A stretch of DNA of 64,000 bases from Candidatus Nomurabacteria bacterium (GTDB lineage Bacteria; Patescibacteriota; Minisyncoccia; Phycocordibacterales; UBA918), in assembly GCA_023898525.1 (NCBI GenBank), contig CP060227.1, forward strand, positions 493,634 to 557,633, given 5' to 3'. Position numbers and translations under genes: made by a program. Below the pieces are notes generated by a model. The model worked only from the letters and a program-made list of their open reading frames with translations, made no database searches and was not told the origin of the DNA. Every line of letters starts with the position of its first letter. The first letter of the stretch is position 1. Below, in pieces: positions 55,680 through 64,000 of the stretch.

Positions 55680-57017
55680 TTATTTGCTATTTTTAGTTGC
55701 TATATCTTTAACATCTTTCACGCTCTCAATAACTTCATTTTTCATCTTTTTATAGAACCCTTCCACATGAAAGCGTTCTGAAACACGGTCAATTATTGTT
55801 TCGCCCCGACCAAGATGCTCTGCGGGATTATGTTCAATAGCTTCGAGAAGTATTTGAGCCAATTTGTCCTTATTTGCAGTGTCTAACTGATATGATTTGT
55901 CTCCCGTATTAAACAATAGATACATCTCTACGACTCTAAGTTTGTGATTATATTCTTCAAATAAGCGTTTACGTTGAGAGATATTTCTTTGCCCGTACCA
56001 TGCGATCCAGATTAAAGGAATTGAAATAATGGTCTTTACGTAGATCAGCTCAAGTGCAGAGGGAGTGACACCTTCAGCAGTGAGACTATTGAGAACTATT
56101 TCTGCAGTCTTCTCATTCACAAAAATGAGAGACACACCTACAAGAGGTAATATGAACATCGCATAGTTCATAACTGAGCCAACGTGACGACCTAAAATAT
56201 TATGAAAAAATATAAGGACATTTTCGATGTGTGCACCTTTAATGAATTCTTTTCGCTTGAACTTTGAATATTCAGATTTAGATTCTGTGTAAGCGTTTAG
56301 TAAAGTTCTGGTGGTTGCATCAGATAGAAGAGAGTTTACATCTTCACGCTTAGTATCAATGTCAGTCCTCAGATCTTTAAGATACTTTCTTGTTTCTTCT
56401 ATTTCTGGAGTTACTTCGGTGTCAATTTTTTTCTTAAAAAGCTCCGCTTTCTTAATGTTAGCTTCAAGATTTTGAATTTCACTATTCTCACCCTCAGGAG
56501 CATCAAACAACTCTTCGTATTTTTCGGTGATTTCTGTGTATATTCTTTTTGTCTCTTCTTCAATGCCGTCAGTCTCTGTGAGTTTTGTATAGAAATCACG
56601 AATTTCCTTTGCTTTACCTGAGGTTCCATCACCGCCTAGCAAATCAACATAAAAATCTGTGATTTTTTGTTGAGAATCCTTTATATCAGTTTGTATTGAA
56701 TCTGGGTTTGAAATCAGTTCAGCGTGATAGGCCTTAATAGCATCAACTTGTGTTTGTAGTGCATTAACAACAGAAGTATCTGCGATAGATCCGTTGGGAA
56801 AGATTTTTGTGTACGCATTATTAATATCCTGAATTTTTTGTTCTATGGCAGGCAAAACTGCTTCAGACCCATTATCTCCTTCAAAAAACTTTTTGTAGAG
56901 TTCATTGATTGATCCTATTTCTTCAAGCGATGCCTTGATCAGATCCCACAGTTCTTCCTTAGTTGGAGATTTTGCGCTTGGGTCTATTTGCGAAAGTAGT
57001 TCGTTAAGCTTGCTCAT
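55680..57017 (-). CDS. Hypothetical 445-aa protein: long N-terminal coiled coil plus 3-4 C-terminal TM helices, embedded between hsdM and Thoeris
   Basis: No catalytic motif. TM segments include YAMFILPLVGVSLIFV and IISIPLIWIAWYG. Confidence 0.4.
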   Translation of the reverse strand: MSKLNELLSQIDPSAKSPTKEELWDLIKASLEEIGSINELYKKFFEGDNGSEAVLPAIEQKIQDINNAYTKIFPNGSIADTSVVNALQTQVDAIKAYHAELISNPDSIQTDIKDSQQKITDFYVDLLGGDGTSGKAKEIRDFYTKLTETDGIEEETKRIYTEITEKYEELFDAPEGENSEIQNLEANIKKAELFKKKIDTEVTPEIEETRKYLKDLRTDIDTKREDVNSLLSDATTRTLLNAYTESKSEYSKFKRKEFIKGAHIENVLIFFHNILGRHVGSVMNYAMFILPLVGVSLIFVNEKTAEIVLNSLTAEGVTPSALELIYVKTIISIPLIWIAWYGQRNISQRKRLFEEYNHKLRVVEMYLLFNTGDKSYQLDTANKDKLAQILLEAIEHNPAEHLGRGETIIDRVSERFHVEGFYKKMKNEVIESVKDVKDIATKNSK

Positions 57018-57020
57018 AAA

Positions 57021-58529
57021 TTATTTGATACCTAATTCTTTTAAATAAACTTCCATCTGTTTTTCCAGCTTCTTTAGCTCAGGTTCAAGCTTTGCCAGCT
57101 CTTTCAAGTTCGCTTCAATGTCTACAGGCTCCTCTTCCTCAAAGGTATCTACATACCGTGTGATGTTCAGGTTAAAATCATTCTCCTCAACCTCAGCCAA
57201 GTCAACCTTGCGAGCAAACTTTTCTACATCTTTCCGCTTCACGAATGTATCGTAAATTTTATTGATGTGGTCTTCGGTAAATATGTTTTGAGCTTTGCCA
57301 GCTTTAAACTCTTTCGATGCTTCAATAAAGAAGATGTCTTTCTTCATTTCGTTAGCGCCACCTTTCTCACGTGAGCGGTCGATTACTAAGACTGCAACTG
57401 GAATACCCGTGGTTTGGAATAGTCCAGCAGGTAAACCAATTACCGCATCAATGATGTTTTCTTTAATTAGTTGCTCACGAATTTTTCCCTCTGCACCGCT
57501 TCGGAAGAGAACACCATGAGGAACAATCACTGCTACACGACCAGTCTTAGGTTTAGCGGTTTCGATCATGTGGGTAATGAATGCAAAATCCCCCTTGTCT
57601 TTAGGTGGTACTCCTCGCCAGAAGCGATTGTACGCATCAGACTCTGCATGCTCTGCACCCCACTTCTTCAGGGAGAATGGTGGGTTTGCTACAACTACAT
57701 CGAAGTGCATGAGTTGGTCATTTTCAACTAAGAGCGGGTTATTTAGTGTGTCGCCCCATTCAATACGGGCTGAGTCTTTACCATGCAAAAACATGTTCAT
57801 ACGAGCAAGCTGATAGGTAGCACCAGTAGATTCTTGCCCATAGAGCGCATAGTTCTTTGAACCTTTCTTTTCTACTTCTTCACCAGCTAAAAGCAGAAGG
57901 CCGCCCGAACCACAAGCAGGGTCGGCTATACGGTCACCTTCTTTAGGTTGCGCTAGCATGGCTACTAACTGAGCTACGGACCTCGTCGTGAAAAATTCAC
58001 CCGCCTTTTTTCCAGCAGCTGCACCGAAGCGCTCAATCATGTACATGTATGAGTTTCCAATGATGTCATCTCCAACATCAGACAGGTCGATTTTTGCGAA
58101 ATCTTGAATCAAGTTGCGAAGCATCTTATTTCGCTGTGGTAGTTTGCCAAGCAGTGCTTCTGAATTGAAATCAACACTAAACACACCTTCGAGCTTATCG
58201 CTGTTAGCGTCTTCAATACGATGGAGGGCTTTGTTTATCTCATCGCCGATATTATCTTCTTCAATTTTGCTGTAGATGTAGTCAAAAGATGATTTGGGAG
58301 GTAGGTAGAAACGGTCGAGTTTCATTTTCTCCTCAATACGCTTTTCGTCATCGCCAAATCGCTCTTTGTACTCTTGGTACTTCTTTTTGTTTTGATCACT
58401 CAAATACTTAAAAAACAACATCGGCAACGCATAGTCCTTATACGTTTCAGCCGCCAATTGACTGCGGGAAGAATCAGCCGCTGACCAGAGTACTTTATTG
58501 AGTTCTTCTTGTGTGAATTTTTTAGTCAT
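57021..58529 (-). CDS. hsdM: Type I R-M N6-adenine methyltransferase subunit (second system)
   Basis: VVANPPFSLKKWG. Confidence 0.9.
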   Translation of the reverse strand: MTKKFTQEELNKVLWSAADSSRSQLAAETYKDYALPMLFFKYLSDQNKKKYQEYKERFGDDEKRIEEKMKLDRFYLPPKSSFDYIYSKIEEDNIGDEINKALHRIEDANSDKLEGVFSVDFNSEALLGKLPQRNKMLRNLIQDFAKIDLSDVGDDIIGNSYMYMIERFGAAAGKKAGEFFTTRSVAQLVAMLAQPKEGDRIADPACGSGGLLLLAGEEVEKKGSKNYALYGQESTGATYQLARMNMFLHGKDSARIEWGDTLNNPLLVENDQLMHFDVVVANPPFSLKKWGAEHAESDAYNRFWRGVPPKDKGDFAFITHMIETAKPKTGRVAVIVPHGVLFRSGAEGKIREQLIKENIIDAVIGLPAGLFQTTGIPVAVLVIDRSREKGGANEMKKDIFFIEASKEFKAGKAQNIFTEDHINKIYDTFVKRKDVEKFARKVDLAEVEENDFNLNITRYVDTFEEEEPVDIEANLKELAKLEPELKKLEKQMEVYLKELGIK

Positions 58530-59106
58530 GTTGTTTTGTAAGGTTAGTAAATGTTGCTTCGACGATTTGTTGTTTTAAATACTGGCGACGATCGACAATT
58601 GATTGTTGGGCTTGAATGTTTTCATGCAGTGCTACGATTGCTTTTTGCTTCTCTAGCTCTGGCACTGGAATTTTTATGTGTATGAGTTCCCGCCGGGGTA
58701 AGGCCCCAATGTATGAACCAGTGACGATATTAGCCAGTGAGTCTTGTCCCTCTTTTGAATTGAGGTAGTGAGATAGAAACTCTGGAAGCACCTTGCTCGT
58801 ACTTATTCGAATAATGTGTACAGATGCCGATGCAATAACATTCTGAGCATCAGACATGAAGACAGCTGCACGAAAGGCACCAGCCTTCATACCTCGTGCC
58901 ACAATTAGAACATCATTTTTTTGGAGGTACCTGTCGTCAGGAGGGAGGTCAAGCGATATCTTGGTCAATGAACTCACATCCGAGACTGGGACACCTTGTA
59001 CCAAGTCACGAGCCTGAAATACCAGTGTATTGCCGTTGCGCGTTTCTTCAATAGCTCCGCGAAAAGCGTAGCCTGGAGTTACTTGGGCAATATCTGACAA
59101 TTTCAT
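58522..59106 (-). CDS. hsdS: Half-size type I R-M specificity subunit (single TRD)
   Basis: 194 aa. Its C-terminal conserved helix (ELEKQKAIV) is typical of HsdS. Confidence 0.65.
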   Translation of the reverse strand: MKLSDIAQVTPGYAFRGAIEETRNGNTLVFQARDLVQGVPVSDVSSLTKISLDLPPDDRYLQKNDVLIVARGMKAGAFRAAVFMSDAQNVIASASVHIIRISTSKVLPEFLSHYLNSKEGQDSLANIVTGSYIGALPRRELIHIKIPVPELEKQKAIVALHENIQAQQSIVDRRQYLKQQIVEATFTNLTKQHD

Positions 59107-59153
59107 ATGCAGTAGTATATGTTACTGCGTAATATTTGTAAAGTACCCTACCT

Positions 59154-60488
59154 CTAGTTAGGCTGACTTTGTAATTTAACAACCTTGTTATTCATGGTTA
59201 TTTTCGAGTTAAAGCATGAAAGTATCTCTCGCTTTTCCTCGATAGTACCGTCTTTGAGTAAGAACTTTATGTAGCTTTTCGCATCTATCTCACTTGCATC
59301 AGTACTTGTCTTCTCACCCAAAAGGGTCTGATTGAATTTCTTGTACCGAGCAACCTCAGCTTTAATTCGCTTGATCACTTCGCCCTCGCTGAACGAAGCG
59401 ACATCGACAAGCTTTTGAAGTTGTTTGATGAGATCAGTCTCATTTAAGTAACCACACTTACAGTGCTTGTCCCGTGCTTTGGTGCAGGTGTAATAGACAT
59501 GAGCGTTAATCTTGCCGTTCTTAAGCTTTTTGTATTTCTCATCAGCACTAATACCAGATCCGCACAAACCACAAATCATCAGCTTGGTGAAAGCGAACTC
59601 TTTTTCTTGGCGAGTCTTTAATTCGTTTCCTTTCAGTTGTTCTTGGACTAGGTCAAATAATTCTTTCGTGATGAGTGGTTCATGTCGCCCTTGATACCAG
59701 TTGCCACTGTTGCGAGGATATTCAAAGACACCGTAGTAAAAGTGATTCTCAAGAATTCGGTAAATATTGCCGAGACTTAAATGCTTTTTACTAGGTAGAG
59801 CACGGAAGTTTAATTCAAACCGAAGCCAGTTATAGACCTTGCGACCAGACCACTTTTCATACGCGACCTTCTCAAATACCTTTTTAATCACAGGTGCACG
59901 TTCTGGGTCGATAAGTGTCTCGCATTTACGATCCATTCGTTTTTCTTTCACGTACCCTGTCGGTGCTGGAGCTGGCCACAACCCCATCTCCACCCGAGCC
60001 TTAAGGCCACGCTTCACATTAATACTCTTGTTATCGTTCTCCAGCTTGGCTTGGGAACACAGAATCATGAGGAGAAACTTTTCACTTGGATTATTGGTGA
60101 ATGTCTGTCCATGTGTGCGTATCTCAACGAGTAGTTTTTGGTCCATGAGGTCAACCAACTCACCGAGGTCACCAGCATTACGACTGAGTCGGTCAGGGTG
60201 CCACACAATAATCCCATTAAATTTCTCTCTTCGTATATCTTCTAGTATTTCTCTGTATACAGGTCGCTGGCCAGATGCTTTGGCGGAATGAGCTTCACGG
60301 CGAACTTCTACTATATCGAGACCTTCTTTCTCAGCCATCTGCATCATTTCGTTCACTTGTGATTCAATAGAAAGTGCTTGGCGCTCATCTTGCTCGGTAC
60401 TTTTGCGAGCGTATAAAACATAACGCACCGCTATAGGTGGCGGTGCGATTGAGTGGCTCATTCGAGCGGATATCTGTTGTGTTTCCAT
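59154..60488 (-). CDS. Large serine recombinase, paralog 4
   Basis: YARKSTEQDE, LSIESQ, IIVWHPDRLSRNAGDLG. Confidence 0.85.
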   Translation of the reverse strand: METQQISARMSHSIAPPPIAVRYVLYARKSTEQDERQALSIESQVNEMMQMAEKEGLDIVEVRREAHSAKASGQRPVYREILEDIRREKFNGIIVWHPDRLSRNAGDLGELVDLMDQKLLVEIRTHGQTFTNNPSEKFLLMILCSQAKLENDNKSINVKRGLKARVEMGLWPAPAPTGYVKEKRMDRKCETLIDPERAPVIKKVFEKVAYEKWSGRKVYNWLRFELNFRALPSKKHLSLGNIYRILENHFYYGVFEYPRNSGNWYQGRHEPLITKELFDLVQEQLKGNELKTRQEKEFAFTKLMICGLCGSGISADEKYKKLKNGKINAHVYYTCTKARDKHCKCGYLNETDLIKQLQKLVDVASFSEGEVIKRIKAEVARYKKFNQTLLGEKTSTDASEIDAKSYIKFLLKDGTIEEKREILSCFNSKITMNNKVVKLQSQPN

Positions 60489-60599
60489 ATTTAATTAATG
60501 ACAGATCCGCACGAGATGCATAGCTATGCAGACTAAAAGAAGCGTCACATACTCGTTGCACACACTTAGCAAACAGTCTGATCAGCGATACTATAGGTG

Positions 60600-60790
60600 C
60601 GTAGTAGCTATATTTGAGCTATTATGTTCGTTACAAACCCGACCTAACCCGCAGGCATTCGCAGGCGGTATGGTCATCAAATACCGTCCAAAGTAAAAAA
60701 CTCCTAATCAGAGCTACTTTGGACGGTCATATCGGGAAACTGGTATGGGCATTGCCTTACGGGGCGTGTCGGCCTGGTTAGGAGCTTTTT
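60600..60790 (+). ncRNA. Conserved ~200-nt noncoding element, copy B
   Basis: See copy A at 31925-32140. Confidence 0.45.
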
Positions 60791-61253
60791 GCTTTCTGAT
60801 CTTTACAAACAAAACCGTCCAAACAATATGAATACAAATCAAACTGACTCTGTTAAAAAACAGGGTCTAACAAAGAAGGTCTTTTTAGTAATCGGGGGTG
60901 TCTTTATCTTCTTCATTTTCATCAGTTCGATCTTTACCGAAGTCGAGCCTGATGTGCCAAAGCAACCGGCTAACATGGAAGCTATTAGAGCTGAGCTTAA
61001 TGCATATGCAACAGAATATCTTTTTGAAGAGAGTGAACCTGATCGCTGGGTGGATGTAGTCGCTAATGAGGGTGAGAACGGGATTCTTATTCGAGTATCT
61101 ACTAATCCAGAAGTACCGACAAACGAAGTGGCAGCACAAACATACTGCGACAAGATTGGTGAAATCCTAAGCGCACACGCACCTGACCATAAAGATGATG
61201 CCGATGTGTTTATCTATCAGTATGGCGAGATTGTAAAAGCGTGTACATATTAA
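60789..61253 (+). CDS. Hypothetical membrane-anchored protein (154 aa)
   Basis: One TM (VFLVIGGVFIFFIFISSIF); no motif. Confidence 0.35.
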   Translation: MLSDLYKQNRPNNMNTNQTDSVKKQGLTKKVFLVIGGVFIFFIFISSIFTEVEPDVPKQPANMEAIRAELNAYATEYLFEESEPDRWVDVVANEGENGILIRVSTNPEVPTNEVAAQTYCDKIGEILSAHAPDHKDDADVFIYQYGEIVKACTY

Positions 61254-61254
61254 A

Positions 61255-62694
61255 TTAGCCAAACAAGATTGAGTTTTTCTTCCGTGGTTTCCAGTTCACC
61301 ATCGTTTCAATGGTAACCAATGAAAAAGCATCAGCTAAATCATCGTGTTTTTCTGATCCAAAATTAATAAGCTCTTGAATTAGCTTTTCTGCCTTACCAA
61401 AGGGAAAGCGTATTCTTCCTGCACTCAGCGCAGGAGCGGTCAGGCTGATTCGCTCTTGTTTTGTGCCTATTGGTGTCACTCCGATAACATCAACGTCATC
61501 TTCTTTTGATTGTTGCACGACAGCATCCTGATAGCCGACATTCTCAATATAGAACTTAACGGGTAGTCCATATTTTGTTCGTAACTTATATTCGAGTGCT
61601 TTGATTTCTCTACAGGTCTCTGGGAAACGCATGCGGGCGTGTACTATCTCAGGTAGAACATAAAGGCATTTTTCATCATTCTTAGTGCAGGCCAATACAG
61701 GAATCATAGCCGTGTAGTCAGCTGATGTTTTCTGCGAGATCGCAAGGTCGGCGCCGACGAAAATAGCATGTTGATCGACATCTCTCGGTATCTCATGATA
61801 ATGGGATATCCAAAGCGGGTCGATTATCTGATCGCCCGAAGGAATAATCTTCAATAAATATTCACGCTCCCACGCTTGTTGGTTAATTGTTTTTCTGCGA
61901 AGTTTTTCAATAGATTCAGGAGTGGGGTACTTCTCAGGCCATATACAATTACCGAATGTGTCGAGAAAGGGATATGATTTGAAATATCCATCAATCTCGC
62001 CTGATTCAATCCCTTCCCGCAAACGAACCATGAGTGAATCATCATGTACTAAGTTACCAACGAGCACTACTTTCGTATCATCATCACCAGCGGGAATGAT
62101 TTCGCTGGTAAACCAATTGAATGTTTTGTCTCGACTGTCTTGCGTCTTTGTTGATGCCAAGTCTTCGATGTCGTCACAAATAATCAAGTCGGGGCGATAA
62201 CTCTTATGTCGCAATCCGCGCATACTTTGATCAACAGATAGAACAGTGATACGAGCATCGTATTTAGGAATTACAATTGAAGACATTCGCCACTCGTCAT
62301 CTGGTTCCTCGAAAGGTCCAAGATCCTGTTTGAGTAGCTCGTTCCGCTCAAGTTCAGTTTTAATGTGTTGCAAAAGTTGCTTCGCTTGTTGTTGAGTGCG
62401 AGAAACAATCAGCACGTACTTCTTTTTCTGAACACCAAGAATAGCCCATAGAGGGTACGAGAGCGAAAAGATCGTAGATTTAGCAGAGCCTCGAAACGCT
62501 ACCACTACCGTGAGGGGGAGGTCAGTTCGTTCAGTCAACTCAAACATCTCTGAATGAAATGACCCGCTTACATGCTTTACATAGTCATGTAGATACACGG
62601 GCATAAATAAACGGTGGCTTTGCTTGGTCACTTCACGCCGTACCTGCGGATCATTGATTATTCTTTGCAGCAACTCAGGTTTCAGATTGTCCAT
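61255..62694 (-). CDS. Phage terminase large subunit
   Basis: Walker A region VAFRGSAKST, Walker B LIICDDIED, C-terminal nuclease-like domain; 479 aa. Confidence 0.7.
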   Translation of the reverse strand: MDNLKPELLQRIINDPQVRREVTKQSHRLFMPVYLHDYVKHVSGSFHSEMFELTERTDLPLTVVVAFRGSAKSTIFSLSYPLWAILGVQKKKYVLIVSRTQQQAKQLLQHIKTELERNELLKQDLGPFEEPDDEWRMSSIVIPKYDARITVLSVDQSMRGLRHKSYRPDLIICDDIEDLASTKTQDSRDKTFNWFTSEIIPAGDDDTKVVLVGNLVHDDSLMVRLREGIESGEIDGYFKSYPFLDTFGNCIWPEKYPTPESIEKLRRKTINQQAWEREYLLKIIPSGDQIIDPLWISHYHEIPRDVDQHAIFVGADLAISQKTSADYTAMIPVLACTKNDEKCLYVLPEIVHARMRFPETCREIKALEYKLRTKYGLPVKFYIENVGYQDAVVQQSKEDDVDVIGVTPIGTKQERISLTAPALSAGRIRFPFGKAEKLIQELINFGSEKHDDLADAFSLVTIETMVNWKPRKKNSILFG

Positions 62695-63070
62695 AATTTT
62701 GCTTTCCGTTAACCATTTTTAACGCCTGTTCAATAGTGCTCTTTTGTTCTTCAGAGAGTTCTTTATCTGCCACCTCAGTGTTTTTTACTGACTTAGTTGA
62801 AAAACGTTGGTGATTATTTGTTAGCCAAAGACGAATCGCTGAAATCTTCTTTTCTTTAATGAGTTGCAACAACTGGTTTTCACTTAAGTCATTTATATGT
62901 TCAATACCGTCTATTGAAGCGGCATCGAACTTTTCCTTAAACTCAGGGTCATCTTTTAACCACTTATAGATAGTGTTTCGTGAGATACCTACTTTCTCAC
63001 AAGCGACAGTAACGATTGGTATCTTACGCATCTCTTCTAGGAATAGATCACTGTGACTGTCTTTTTTCAT
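62675..63070 (-). CDS. Phage terminase small subunit-like HTH protein
   Basis: VACEKVGISRNTIYKWLKDDPEF; immediately upstream of terL. Confidence 0.55.
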   Translation of the reverse strand: MKKDSHSDLFLEEMRKIPIVTVACEKVGISRNTIYKWLKDDPEFKEKFDAASIDGIEHINDLSENQLLQLIKEKKISAIRLWLTNNHQRFSTKSVKNTEVADKELSEEQKSTIEQALKMVNGKQNYGQSET

Positions 63071-64000
63071 ACCCTTTCAACCCTCGCCTTAATGCCAGTA
63101 AGTTTTTCAAAGCGGTTGATGATAAGGTCGCAAAAGACGGGTTCAAGCTCACAACCGAAAACCCGCCTATCTAGTTGTTCGGCCGCAATGAGTGTACTGC
63201 CAGAACCAAGAAACGAATCTAAGATGATATCGTTGGGTTTTGTGCAACGTAGTATTGCTTTTTGATGTAGTTCGGGCGGCTTACTGGTGGCATGATTATA
63301 TTGCTGAGCAGGCAAACGTCTTACTGCCCAAATATCTGTAAACTGTTCCAGCAAATCATTGCCTGTGGTCGCTTCTTTGTTCATCACCTCATTCAGATCT
63401 GTTCGCATTTCAGCAAGGTACGGCTTACCTCGTGTTCCATATGTGCAAGGCTCATATACTTTATTGAAGGCTACTTGTGGCACAGGGTTTTGTACATTCT
63501 TGAGCCACAAGCAGACTCGTTTATTACTCACACCGAGCTTGCGATACACACTCTGAATTAGTCCGATATAGATTTGGTCTGACCACATAAACACATGTGC
63601 ATCATTTGCAGTGACAGATAAAGCCGCTTCAAGACTACTGGTAATGAAGTTTTCATATTCTTCATAAGTGCGTTTGTCGTGAACTTTTGCACCGTAGTTG
63701 CTCTTTCCACCAAGTCCAGAGCTATAGTTGTATCCCACATTGTAGGGCGGATCTGACGCTATCATGCTAGCTCTCTCATCGCCGTATAGTTTTTGTAAGG
63801 TGCCAAGTTGAGTGCAGTCACCACAAATTATTTTGTGTTTGCCTAAATGAATGATGTCACCTAGTTGGGTAGTTGGCGTTTTAATTTTCTTCAGCTCTTT
63901 CTCAACATCAAACGTATCGTTAGTAATTTCTTTTTTATCGTCCCAAAAACTAGCCAGCTCAACGGTCTCAAAACCCGCTTCGGTGAGTAAGTCAATGTCG
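63067..64000 (-). CDS. DNA methyltransferase (DPPY family), 5' end beyond window
   Basis: ASDPPYNVGYNY, and upstream in frame HKIICGDC. It is homologous to 32892..33707 and 33667..34941. Confidence 0.8.
   Translation of the reverse strand, partial: DIDLLTEAGFETVELASFWDDKKEITNDTFDVEKELKKIKTPTTQLGDIIHLGKHKIICGDCTQLGTLQKLYGDERASMIASDPPYNVGYNYSSGLGGKSNYGAKVHDKRTYEEYENFITSSLEAALSVTANDAHVFMWSDQIYIGLIQSVYRKLGVSNKRVCLWLKNVQNPVPQVAFNKVYEPCTYGTRGKPYLAEMRTDLNEVMNKEATTGNDLLEQFTDIWAVRRLPAQQYNHATSKPPELHQKAILRCTKPNDIILDSFLGSGSTLIAAEQLDRRVFGCELEPVFCDLIINRFEKLTGIKARVERV

Overview
A low-GC bacterial window of 64 kb. The core gene set suggests, but cannot prove, a small-genome Patescibacteria/CPR-like organism: a type IV pilus pilMNO-like operon, ribosomal protein L19 with a long acidic C-terminal tail, and many small hypothetical membrane proteins. 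Core blocks are a metal ABC transporter operon with a DtxR-family regulator, hsp20, rplS-rluA-uppS-acylphosphatase, an NlpC/P60 cell-wall hydrolase, pilMNO, dedA, csaA, ruvX, pgi, gdh and six tRNA genes (His-GTG, Leu-GAG, Val-TAC, Arg-TCT, Arg-GCG?, Ser-TGA). Three accessory regions stand out. (1) 7.9-11.7 kb holds a complete diversity-generating retroelement (DGR). It has a reverse transcriptase with the DGR-type GNLTSQ and YADD motifs, split by a frameshift at a T6 run, and an Avd four-helix-bundle gene on the opposite strand. The 118-nt template repeat (TR) at 9430-9547 and variable repeat (VR) at 9861-9978 differ at 16 positions, all at TR adenines in coding sense. The target is a small 195-aa protein, and an IS30-family IS sits immediately upstream of it. 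(2) 19.6-37.2 kb is a defence/mobile island. It holds a type I R-M (hsdRSM) with two unknown downstream genes (a Zn-ribbon protein and a T5orf172/GIY-YIG-like protein). It also holds a large serine recombinase with ImmA/IrrE and XRE regulators, read divergently from a Ubl-E2-JAB-E1 (Bil/6E-like) ubiquitin-like conjugation operon. A phage-like TerS plus two DNA methyltransferases and a second serine recombinase follow. (3) 45.6-64 kb holds a class A beta-lactamase flanked by 28-nt direct repeats next to tRNA-Ser and a third serine recombinase. It also holds a second type I R-M (hsdS-half, hsdM, hsdS, hsdR, M48/YgjP peptidase) interrupted by a type II Thoeris-like pair (TM+Macro ThsA, TIR-like ThsB), a PD-(D/E)xK protein and a 445-aa coiled-coil/TM unknown. 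A fourth paralogous serine recombinase and a phage packaging module (TerS, TerL, methyltransferase) run off the right edge. Recurrent noncoding signals include a ~200-nt conserved element in two copies with compensatory stem changes, a tRNA 3'-end / terminator hairpin / inverted-copy architecture at three tRNAs with a shared ~25-nt motif, and many long perfect palindromic terminators. No CRISPR array was seen. Two genes are broken at homopolymer T runs, and these may be sequencing errors.
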